From Octopus sinensis (lineage: Eukaryota), in NCBI RefSeq assembly GCF_006345805.1, contig NW_021832654.1, forward strand, positions 1 to 30,203: a stretch of 30,203 nt of DNA, read 5' to 3'. Below are positions 12,549 to 22,850 of the stretch, in pieces. A program made the translations under genes and the position numbers. Position 1 is the first letter of the stretch. Every line of letters begins with the position of its first letter. The notes below the pieces were generated by a model. The model was not told the DNA's origin, did no database searches, and saw only the letters and a program-made list of their open reading frames with translations.

Positions 12549-13069
12549 AAGAAGTCAAATTTTTTTTGCAGTCTGTATTTACACCACGTGACATTCATTA
12601 CTTTTGAATATCTCTAAAGCCGTTAGTTCTCCGTTAAAAAGACAATATTAGTGGTTTAGCTTAATCACGAAATTGGTAACCCCTTCCATTTCGTAGTTCA
12701 GCGTGCTGTTGTCTCTATCCCGATATCAACCGCCCATAAACAGCCCATCCATTCTCCTATGATATTATACTGCACTAAACATTTTGTGAATTCCCACGTC
12801 GCAATTTCACTGAGTCAGCCATCGTGAAAAACTGCTTAATTCTATTTCGATAGTCTGGAATTCAATTCTCTCGCCATTAATGCTGGTTGCAAACCAAAAC
12901 TATAAGTTACTGGCTACATCTTAAAACTGATCGGTCCTTTAAAACTGTCGCTGTCTTTCTCACGAAATAACTCATACTTTTATCGTCTGTCCTCTTTAAG
13001 CAGTCAATAATTTTTGGCTCAGGCACAGCAGTTTTTGAGAGAAGGGTAAAGTCGATTACAGTGACTCAG

Positions 13070-13141
<72 letters not shown>

Positions 13142-13342
13142 GCCCTGGTGCAGTACCAGACAGAGGCTCTCATGGCTTCTGATCTTAACTGATTGGAAGC
13201 CATTTCTATTCACTTTTTTTTTTCAAATATATAATACTGTGTCAAGAACTTTCTATTTGTAATTCCACTATCTATCAAGCGACGTAGGTAGGTACGTTGG
13301 TAGGTAGGTAGGTAGGTAGGTAGGTAGGTATATTGGTGGGCT

Positions 13343-13381
<39 letters not shown>

Positions 13382-13463
13382 GTATATATATATATATAGG
13401 TGTGTGTGTGTGTGTGTGTGTATGTATATATATATATAAATATATTATATAGTATAATAATGA

Positions 13464-13496
<33 letters not shown>

Positions 13497-13536
13497 GAAT
13501 ATATATATATATATTATATATATATATATATTATAA

Positions 13537-13579
<43 letters not shown>

Positions 13580-13605
13580 TATTATATATATATATATATA
13601 TATAT
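13070..13605. repeat. (TAA)n array and compound (GTAG)n/(GATA)n/(TG)n/(TA)n microsatellite
   Basis: TAA about 13070-13140; compound block about 13280-13605. Confidence 0.93.
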
Positions 13606-14319
13606 GTGAATGTTACGAAATGTGAGTGTGATGTAACAAAATGATGTATAGATCTGACACTTGAATTTTATTGATCCAACAGAAATCTGAAAACCTTAAT
13701 GTGAAATGATAATTCTTAATTATTCCAATTGTGACCATGATTACAGAAACTAATTAGAAGGCTCATTAAATGAAGAAGTCGCATCACCAACTCAATAGAT
13801 GACGAAATGTACAGAACTGAGAGGTCAGACGAACTAAATCATTGATATTGTCGCCATCTGGTGTATAACAAGAGAAACTTCATCGATACTACATTCCTGT
13901 CTCACCAAACCGATTGTCACATTTTTTCCCTAAGGTGGCAATTAGTGATGTTTTCTATTGTGGGTTTCGTTCCTTCTGTTATTCGACATCCACCGGCTGA
14001 CTTCTTAACCGCTGAGTTTTATTCTTTTTACGGTTGATGTTGTTTTTGTTGCTGTTGTTGTTGTGTTTGGTTATTCGAGCTACAAACATCTCCATATAAA
14101 CGTGGTCAGTGTTATTCCAATTGGAGAAGCTTTCTTTATAGGATGTTTGATTCTCATAATGGTTCAGGTCTTGAATTAGCTTCTCAATTAAAAAAGTAGC
14201 CCTACTAAGCACTGCATACATATTGTATGGAGCATTTTCAATACAATAAAGCATACAAGCCAAAACAAAATACTGCACTTACCAAAAGTAGATTCCCGCG
14301 AAAACATGTAATAAAATTA

Positions 14320-14326
14320 TGACTGC

Positions 14327-14384
<58 letters not shown>

Positions 14385-14466
14385 TGATGATGATGACGAT
14401 GATGATGAGGAGGAGGAGGATGATAATGATGATGATGATAATGATAACAACAACAACAACAACAAC

Positions 14467-14514
<48 letters not shown>

Positions 14515-14515
14515 T
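14320..14515. repeat. Compound trinucleotide array TAA/TGA/GAG/CAA/TAA
   Basis: Direct reading; poly-I/poly-M ORFs are artefacts. Confidence 0.95.
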
Positions 14516-14517
14516 AA

Positions 14518-14806
14518 TTTATCTTTTATTGGCCACAATGGCTCACATAAAATAACATTAAAAGACATAACAATATTAAAGACAAAAACAGTACGATACA
14601 ATGTGTTTTCGCGTGTACATAATATAAATAACAGCTAAAAATAAACAGGCCTGGATGACAGCAGTTCTGTGCCTATACTTTAATCTCGAACTGGCACTAC
14701 GCCCTGGCAGTAATGAAATTCTCCTTGGGCCTCAGCTAAAATATTTTTCAGAAGAAACCAGCCAGACGATTTTCTTCGAGAACATCGTCAGTTTTGACCG
14801 CTGTTA
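14518..14806 (-). mobile_element. Short internally deleted L1/Tx1-like LINE remnant with 3' end
   Basis: 14644-14806 aligns with 16510-16673 (region before and into the C-terminal zinc-finger segment, VPVRDKL-like); ends GAGCCATTGTGGCCAATAAAAGA followed by (ATT)n. Confidence 0.72.
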
Positions 14807-14882
14807 AAAATAAAATTAAACTATCAATAGGGAAGGGGGGCGCTTTAAGGTCCACGTGCAAAAAAAACCCCACAAAAGCCAC

Positions 14883-15124
14883 GGAAAGTGCGGGTAAAAT
14901 GTTTCCCAGCAGTTATGGGTGCATTGGGAACTATCCCTAAAGATTTGAACAGATGGATAGAAGAAGTAGGCATGAAACCCAGTTTAGTACAGCTCCAGAA
15001 AACAGTGTTATTAGGGAGAGCTAAGATACTTAGGAGGGTCCTTGGCATCTAAGGTTACTTGTTGTAGCCCGATGCTAAGATTGTTTTTCTTTTCCAACAG
15101 TCTAATCTGTTGAGTGTATATGAA
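14883..15124 (+). mobile_element. R4/Dong-like LINE 3' end (RLE C-terminus + 3' UTR)
   Basis: Translates KVRVKCFPAVMGALGTIPKDLNRWIEEVGMKPSLVQLQKTVLLGRAKILRRVLGI* (stop 15050-15052), then a short UTR and (TAA)n. Confidence 0.85.
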
Positions 15125-15176
15125 AATAATAATAATAATAATAATATAATAATGATAATAGTAATAATAATAATAA

Positions 15177-15296
15177 CCAAACATATGGCACACTAGGCAT
15201 AACAACAACATGGACTTCCAACCTGTTGTCTCTTGAGGTCTCTGGGTGAAACTTGGAGCCAACTTGTACAAATATAAAGCAAAAGTCAAACATAGA
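15177..15296 (+). mobile_element. Probable very short LINE 3'-UTR remnant between TAA arrays
   Basis: 120 bp of non-repetitive sequence with TAA arrays on both sides, ending GAATAATAA like the 18058-18676 copy. No coding signal. Confidence 0.45.
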
Positions 15297-15304
15297 ATAA
15301 TAAT

Positions 15305-15380
<76 letters not shown>

Positions 15381-15382
<2 letters not shown>

Positions 15383-15738
15383 TGAAGCTAGAATGTTTGA
15401 TTTAGTAGTAGTAGTCGAAGAGAATAGAAAGTGCCAGATAATTAACTTTACAGTCCAAAATGATGAAAAAATCAATGAGAGGAACAGAAAAAATAGCGAA
15501 GTACGAGGACCTAGCCATTGAATTACAGACTATGGAAAGTAGTTATAGGTGCATTAGGAACTAATGATTTGAACAGATATATAAAGGAACTAGATATAAA
15601 ACCCAGTTAGTACAGCTCCAGAAAACAGTGTTATTAGGGACAGCTAAGATACTTAGGTGGGTTCTTGGCATCTAAGGTTACTTGTTGTAGTCCCGATGTT
15701 AGGAATTTTTCTTTTCCAACAGACTAATCTGTTGGGTG

Positions 15739-15740
<2 letters not shown>
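15381..15740 (+). mobile_element. R4/Dong-like LINE 3' end, 5'-truncated inside the RLE domain
   Basis: IEARMFDLVVVVEENRKCQIINFTVQNDEKINER..KIAKYEDLAIELQ..W..VIGALGT..LQKTVLLGTAKILRWVLGI* with frameshifts; same 3' UTR as 14883-15124; TAA/CAA arrays on both sides. Confidence 0.88.
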
Positions 15741-15804
<64 letters not shown>

Positions 15805-15989
15805 CATTTCTATTATAGGCGCAAGGCCTGATTTTGAGGGAAGGGGTGAGTCGATAAAATAATTATCATTTGCAGACTGGGGTCGATGTAAGACTAAGTC
15901 GACCTCGGCAGAATTTGAACTCAGAACGTAAAGACGGACGAAATGCCGTTAAGCATTTTGCCCGACGTGCTAAAGACTCTGCCAGCTCG
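15805..15989 (-). mobile_element. Tail-B SINE, 3' part (from head nt 8 onward)
   Basis: Minus strand CGAGCTGGCAGAGTCTTTAGCACG...GAGTTCAAATTCTGCCGAGGTCGAC...AGGCCTTGCGCCTATAATAGAAATG(ATT)n. Confidence 0.85.
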
Positions 15990-17576
15990 TTTGTTTATTA
16001 GCCATCAGGGCTCACACAAGGTGAAGGTTACACGGTCGAGGCTACAAGAAACTGAGGAGTTTTGCATATAAAGAAAATGTCTGCAAAAACGATTAGGTAA
16101 CAATGTTAAAGAAGGAAATTAAACTGGTGACCACTAAGGTGACCTCTAATTCTAGACGCGCATGCTCAGAGCAGACTCATTCACTCTGACTATGTTGGCC
16201 AATTTTCAAAGAATTTGCTGGGATACAGCACTTACATCTCCCCTTCATTTTCATGAGGGCTTGGTTGATGAAGAAAGTATCTTCAATCTTTTCAGTCTTG
16301 TCCATCACACAACCTTTTTTGCTATGACCATCAACCAGATAATACCTGCTTCTTCTTCCGAGCCAAAGGACGGTGGAGGCGTTATCCACAATGAACTCAG
16401 ACAGTCTCTTTGTCATACAGCAAAGGTTCGACATAACTCCACAAGTTAGCAATGCTCAGGCACTGGACGAATGCGAGCAAAACGATCTCACCACTCTATG
16501 CGCATCTTGAACAGGCCTGGATGATGGTAATTCTTTGCCTATAGTTTAATCTCGAACTGGTACTACGCCCTGACAGTGATCAAATTCTCCATAGGCCCCC
16601 AGCTAAAATATTCTTCAGAAGAGACCAGCGAGACGATTCTTCTCGAGAACATCCTCTGTTTTGACCGCTATTAAGTATATCTATACAACGTCGATGTGTA
16701 ATTCCTGCCGACAGCATTTCCCAATAAAAAACTGTGAGCGCTTGTCGGCATTCCAGATACCAAGCGCTCTGTCTCTGTATTTATTTAATCCAAACTGCAG
16801 CTCTCTCAAGAAAAAATACGTCTGACAAACGGTGTCCACACATGTAAACTTTTGAGGAATTGCTAGAGATGTCAGCCCGTTTCTGAATGTAACTGGCCAC
16901 AATGCTCGTCACTTCATTCCAGTTCTTGTCCAAACCTGATCCTGAGCAGTTTAACTGGTCTTGCACCCCACGATGTTGCTTGACAGCATACTGTTAGAGC
17001 CGTTCTGATCACCTCAGTTTTCTTGGTATCAGACACTATTACAGTGACGTTGTCCACGTATGCTGACACACATCTTCCGTATCTTAGTTCGTGCAGATCA
17101 CTTGTTTCTGCAATAGAGGCTCAAAAGACAGTTTATACAGAAAGGAGAGACGGGTCAAACGCATGATACCGAAAGGTCCTGATAGGCGACCATTTGCTCT
17201 GACTACTGAGCAGATGTCACTGTACATTGCGACGATCAAGTCCCTGAGGAGGAGACCAAAACCAGCTACTTTGAGGTCAGCCACCAAGTAGAGGTGGTTG
17301 ACCTAATCGAAGGATTTTGATTAATATATAATTGGTCGAGGCTCCACCCATGCCAGATTCCTTACTTACCCTTTCAATTGCATGAAGCTAAGATTGTTGT
17401 GAATTGATCTGTGAGAAATGATTCAGGTCTGAGAATCATTGACCAGACCTCAGATGACACACACCAGCTTCAGAACATTCTATCAAAATTCGATCTGAAG
17501 AACATTGGTACATCTGGAAAATCCAATCTGTACCTGCTAGACAAGACCAGCAATTTTCGGAAGAGAAAATTAGGCC
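15990..17576 (-). mobile_element. Decayed 5'-truncated L1/Tx1-like LINE (RT domain to 3' end)
   Basis: Minus-strand pieces: RSIHNNL..ERVSKESGMGG..FD*VNHLYLVADLKVAGFG..AMYSDICSVVRANGRLSGPF..LSFEPLL; SAYVDNVTVIVSD (YxDD-like, 17049-17060); LDKNWNEV; VPVRDKL..CSRC; 3' end GAGCCCTGATGGCTAATAAAC. Many stops, frameshifts and deletions. Confidence 0.85.
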
Positions 17577-17605
17577 TGCTGACGATTCTACCAGCTCGCC
17601 GCCTT
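17577..17605 (-). mobile_element. Isolated SINE head (nt 1-29), likely the 5' part of the SINE split by the LINE
   Basis: AAGGCGGCGAGCTGGTAGAATCGTCAGCA, then LINE-side sequence. Confidence 0.75.
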
Positions 17606-17662
17606 AATAACAATAATAACAATGATGATGATGATGATGATGATGATGATAACAACAACAAC

Positions 17663-17716
<54 letters not shown>

Positions 17717-18007
17717 CAGAAACCCCCTTCAGTCATGACTGACCATGGGATTGCACCTAGAAAGTTATCCTCCCAGGCACAAGTCTGGGCAAGGTTGTTT
17801 ATGGAAGACCAGCAGTCACCCATGCATACGGGCCTCCCCTCTCCACGCTACAAAGGTCGCAACTCATTTCTGCAGCTGAGTGAACTGAATCAATGTGAAA
17901 TAAAGTGTCTTGCTCAAGAACACAACACGCAGCCCGGTCCGGGAATCGAACTCACAACCTCACGGTCGTAAGCTCGACGCTCTAACCACTGAGCCATGCG
18001 CCTTCAC
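17717..18007 (-). mobile_element. Third tRNA-headed SINE family with (ATT)n tail
   Basis: Head GTGAAGGCGCATGGCTCAGTGGTTAGAGCG...GAGTTCGATTCCCGG (A and B boxes), CORE/V-like TTCTTGAGCAAGACACTT; TAA arrays on both sides. Confidence 0.85.
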
Positions 18008-18055
<48 letters not shown>

Positions 18056-18057
18056 TA

Positions 18058-18676
18058 TGCCCAGTCCTGGCGAAAAAGGAATATATTCACAGACATGACA
18101 GAGTTGGAACCTACATACATTGGAAGCTATGCCAACATTATGGAATAACAACAGAAAAAAGATGGTATAGGCACACACCAGAAAAGGTCACAGAAAACGA
18201 CAAAGCAACCATACTCAGGGATATGCCGATACACACAGATAGAGAAATTAAGGCTAACAGACCAGATATAGTTGTCAGAGATCATGAAGGAAAAAAATGC
18301 TTTCTAATTGATGTATCATACCGGCAGATGACAACGTTCTCTAAAAGAAATGGAGAAACTCTCAAAATACAAAGACCTGGAAATAGAGGTAACTAGAATG
18401 TGGAATCTGAAAACAGAAACAATTCCTATCATAGTAGGTGCATTAGGTATGATAAAAAAATATTCAGACAAATACATAACAAAAACACCAGGACTTACAA
18501 ACACATATAACATACAGAAAATTGCACTACTAGGCACTGCACACATCCTACGCAGAACACTTTTCCATACAATAACCATCAGAGCATCCAACACACAAAT
18601 CACAGCACATACCCAAGGCACACAGAGCTGCGCTCGGTAGTGAAGTGAAAGCACGCTATAAAAATAGAACTACTGA
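18058..18676 (+). mobile_element. R4/Dong-like LINE 3' end, second subfamily, near-complete RLE domain
   Basis: CPVLAKKEYIHRHDRVGTYIHWKLCQHYG..WYRHTPEKVTEN..IHTDREIKANRPDIVVRD..CFLIDVS..KEMEKLSKYKDLEIEVTRMW..PIIVGALG..IQKIALLGTAHILRRTL (PD-(D/E)xK), three 1-bp indels; (TAA)n at 18008-18056 and from 18677. Confidence 0.93.
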
Positions 18677-18679
18677 ATA

Positions 18680-18710
<31 letters not shown>

Positions 18711-18939
18711 AATGCAAAGTCAAATCATTTGGATCAATGATTTCTTCTTGAACCCTCATCATCACAATCATAATCTTCAGAGCCAATAGTATCTCAGCTA
18801 CCACGACCCAGCGTCACTGTACTAAAATGAAATACAAGATTTCTAGAAATCCAACAACCAATCATCAACTCCCAAAGCGCTAATACTCCAACCTCCATTG
18901 CTATCGATATCATTAATATTGCCCACTAACAACTGCTGA

Positions 18940-19024
<85 letters not shown>

Positions 19025-19146
19025 ACTACTACTACCATTATTATTATTATTATTAATATTATTATTATTATTATAACTATAACTACTCCCTAAATTTTAC
19101 TACTACTACTACTGCAGCTGCTGCTGCTACTACTACTACCATTATT

Positions 19147-19184
<38 letters not shown>

Positions 19185-19500
19185 CATTATTATTATTATT
19201 ATTATAACTATAACTACTCTCTAAATTTTACTACTACTACTACTATTACTATTTCTACTGCTGCGACTGCTGCTGCTACTATTACAATTGTTACTACAGC
19301 TGATACTGCTGCTACTACTGCTACTATTGTTGTTGTTGCTACTACTACTGCTACTGCAACTATTACTACTACTACTACTACTACTATTACAATTACTACA
19401 AAACCGACAATTTCAATTGCATCATCAGTATCATTACTCCCACCACCACCACCACCACCACCGCCGCCTCAATAATCAACCCAGTCACTGCCAATAATAA
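18940..19500. repeat. Compound CTA/CTG/ATT/CAC trinucleotide region with a 130-bp internal duplication
   Basis: Marker ATAACTATAACTACTC(C/T)CTAAATTTT occurs at about 19073 and 19203. Confidence 0.9.
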
Positions 19501-19850
19501 TAATAACAACAACATTACCACCACCGCCATCATTGTCATATAAACAGTAATAATGTCGTTCTCACGCCACCAGTGCCAGTCAGCTCGCCACCTACTGGCT
19601 ATGGCACCTCATAAACACCAGCTACCACTAATGTCACCGCCATCAGCAGACACAAACCTCATAGCAAACTCTGAAAGGAACGCCATGACAGCGGACAAAA
19701 CTACAGTCGCCATCTGGTGTCAGATTTTACCAACAGCAGTCCTGGCATCACCGGTGCTAATTGGTCGGCTGTCTTTGGCATATTTTTTTTCTCCATTTTA
19801 AAATTAAAAACTATTTAGTTATTCATTTATTTATATCTTATTTTATTTTA

Positions 19851-20783
19851 TTATCTCCGCCTTCGCTAAGGCGGAGGTATAGTTTTCAGTTGCGTTTGTT
19901 TGTCTGTTTTGTCCGTGGACAAGATATCTCAAGAACCGCTGGATGAATTCGGATTAAACTTTCAGGGATGTTTGGCCTCGTCATTGGCACGAACTGGTTA
20001 GATTTGGGGATCGATCGGGTATCGGACAAGGATTCTAGATTTATTTCTCCGTTTTTTTTTTGTTTTTTGTTTTTTTACTTAATTTTTGAGAGCGGTCGGG
20101 TTCATTTTTAGTATTCTCGTTTGAGAAAGCAGTCGAGTTTATTTCAGATATTCTCATTTTAAAAATCATCTCGGGCTAACAGTTCAGAGGACATTGGTGT
20201 CTTCTTCTTCTTCTTCTTCTTCTTCTTCTTCTTCTTCTTCTTCTTCTTCTTCCAATCAGAACTCACGCCATTAGCCACAAAGAATAATCTCTAATTCGAG
20301 CCTACTCTAAGCTACTAAGAATGCATGTAGCAGCTTGAAGATCCACCCACCACATGCGATAGACTGGCGGTTGCACGGGCGCGAAATCTACGCTGTTATC
20401 CTCATTCCGTAAACGGTGGCTTTTAACGGGTGGAGAGCTGAACCATCCTGGGGTATAGAGGATTCGCAATCTAGACTAGGGTCTGAAAGTTTACCACACC
20501 ATAGCGGGGTTGCACCATGATTCCTCTCCTTTGTGGCAGAAGTAGGAAGAAAGAGTGAGAGAAAGTTGTGGTGAAAGAGTACAGAGGGGTTCACCACCAC
20601 CCCCTGCCGGAGCCTCATGGAGCTTAGGTGTTCTTTGCTCAATAAACACTCACAATGCCCGGTCTGGGAATCGAAACCGCGTTCTTACGACCGCGAGTCC
20701 GCTGCCCTAACCACTGGGCCATTGCTCCTCCACGGACGTTGGTGTTGCCTTGGCGGAGGTTTGCGCTCTCTGAGTACACTTGT
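19851..20783 (+). mobile_element. DINE-1/Helentron-like non-autonomous element, interrupted at 20201-20745
   Basis: 5' hairpin CTCCGCCTT-CGCT-AAGGCGGAG (19855-19876), GTTT/GTCT tract, 3' subterminal repeat CCTTGGCGGAGGT (about 20748-20760), imperfect 3' stem-loop, T-rich flanks. Confidence 0.75.
20201..20733 (-). mobile_element. Fourth tRNA-headed SINE family, full length, (GAA)n tail, 12-bp TSD
   Basis: Head GTGGAGGAGCAATGGCCCAGTGGTTAGGGCAG...GGTTTCGATTCCC; TSD GGACATTGGTGT (20189-20200) / GGACGTTGGTGT (20734-20745). Confidence 0.9.
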
Positions 20784-20921
20784 TTTATTTTATATCATAT
20801 TATTTTATTTATCTGGCTGGACGCACCAAACCGTTGAGCATGGATTGAAGAACAAAATAACATATTTGGGTATCTTCTGCTGTAACGATCGATGTTGCCA
20901 TAATAACCAACAACAGCAGCG

Positions 20922-21252
20922 GTGGAGGCGCAATGGCCCAGTGGTTAGGGCATTGTGAGAGTTTATTGAGCAAAAACACGAGACTCCGGCGGGGGTGAAC
21001 CCCGCTATACTCTTACGCCAAAACTTTCTCTCACTCATTCTTCCTACTTCTGCCACAAAGCAGAGGAACCATGGTGTAACCCATTATGGTGAGGTAAACT
21101 TTCAGACCCTAGTCTAGATTGCGAATCCTCTGTACCCCAGGATGGTTCAGCTGTCCACCTGTTAAAAGCCACCGTTTACGGAATGAGGATAACAACGTAG
21201 CTTTCGCGCCCGTGCAACTGCCAGTCAATCGGGTGTGGTGAGAGGATCTTCA
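20922..21252 (+). mobile_element. Second copy of the same SINE family, inverted, B-box deleted, 3'-truncated
   Basis: Reverse complement of 20336-20733; deletion between two GGGCA microhomologies in the head. Confidence 0.88.
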
Positions 21253-21264
21253 TGTAATATATAT

Positions 21265-21495
21265 TTCTTTATTGCCCACAAGGGGCTAAACATAGAGAGG
21301 ACAAACAAGGACAGACAAAGGGATTAAGTCGATTACATCGACCCCAGTGCGAAACTGGTACTTTTATTTATCGACCCCGAAAGGATGAAAGGCAAAGTCG
21401 ACCTCGGCGAAATTTGAACTCAGAACGTAACGACAGACGAAATACCGCTAAGCATTCCGCCTGGCGCGCCAACGTGTCTGCCAGCTCGCCGCCTT
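21265..21495 (-). mobile_element. Full-length monomeric tail-A SINE with 16-bp TSD
   Basis: TTCATGTAATATATAT at 21249-21264 and 21495-21510 (identical); tail GCCCCTTGTGGGCAATAAAGAA. Confidence 0.95.
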
Positions 21496-21502
21496 TCATG
21501 TA

Positions 21503-21587
<85 letters not shown>

Positions 21588-21949
21588 ATGTATGTATGGT
21601 TTCCAGTCCTCCATATCAACTAACTTTTTCTCACCTACAACTTTAAAACTCTCCAATGCCATTGACGTTTCTCCAATACATCAAGCTGTTCCCGTAAAAA
21701 AGAGACATAAAATCGTCAAAATTATCTCGAACACTCAGTATATCGGACCAAATGTGGAACTCTATAGATCCCTGATGATCCACTCCGAGCAGTTGTGGTC
21801 TCTAGAAAACCGCCCCATGTTCAATGCAGACCCATTCAATCAAGCTATAATATTTTGCTATATCTGTTCGGGCTCTTTACGTTTAGAGTTCAAATCCCGC
21901 CGAGGTCAACCACGCCTTCCATTCCTCTACCACCACATAACACCACAGC

Positions 21950-22850
21950 CTGACTTCCACAACTACCTCGCTATTACCACACAACCGCCAGCGCCACTAC
22001 CACCAAGACACGCCTTAACCTTACACATCAAGACTACTGACACCACCACTACATACACAACCGTTACCACAGTTACTACCACACACACCCTAATTTTCAC
22101 CACTACCACCACAGTCTTTACCACCACTATCACCGCCCCTGAAACCAACACAAATATTCCATCACCATTTCCACTGTCACCAATACCACTTTTAAAACCA
22201 CCACCAATTTCACAACTACTATCACCGCCAGCGCCAATAATCACCACCGCCACCACCACCAAGAACGTCAACAACACCGAGGAGATACGCCCCACATTCA
22301 CAACTCCCTTGTTCTCCCCATCATCTCTACTTTCGTTATCATTACTCCTCCCACCACTACTTTCTCCTCCATCACCACCAGCATCATTACCACAGACACC
22401 GATATTTTCACTACTACCACCACCACCACCACCACCACCACTACCACCACCACTACCACCACCACTGCCATCACCACTGCCACCACAACATTGACTGCAA
22501 CCACCATCACCACCAACAGCAACAACACTACTACAATCTCCACAACCACCAACACTACCACAACTACTACCACAACAATAACAAAAACCATCTCAACCAC
22601 CACTACTACCCCCACCACCACCACAACAATAACAACAACAACCATCACTGCCACCACTACCACCACCACCACCACCACCACCACCACAACCACCACCACC
22701 ACCGCAACAACCATCACTACCACCACAACAACCACTATCACCACCATCATCACCACCACCCTCTACTGTCATCACCACAACCATCCGATACTTGTAGCCT
22801 AACCATCAACACCATCACCAGGATCCACCACCACCACCACCACCACCTAG
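21950..22850. repeat. Degenerate (ACC/CAC/ACT)n low-complexity region
   Basis: Direct reading; gives Thr/Pro- and Val/Gly-rich ORFs on both strands. Confidence 0.88.

Noticed and set aside
17411-17971. 186-aa ORF with poly-N/D tract
   Set aside because: Chimera of antisense LINE, a TAA/TGA array and an antisense SINE.
20660-20733. tRNA-like sequences (also 17935-18007, 8750-8811 and family A/B heads)
   Set aside because: A and B boxes are present but they run into SINE bodies and lack a proper acceptor stem; SINE heads, not tRNA genes.
21511-22802. 327-aa and 103-aa Thr/Pro-rich ORFs resembling a mucin or extensin
   Set aside because: Start inside a (TG)n run, cross a degraded SINE piece (about 21880-21930) and continue in stop-poor ACC/CAC repeats; no domain or signal peptide.
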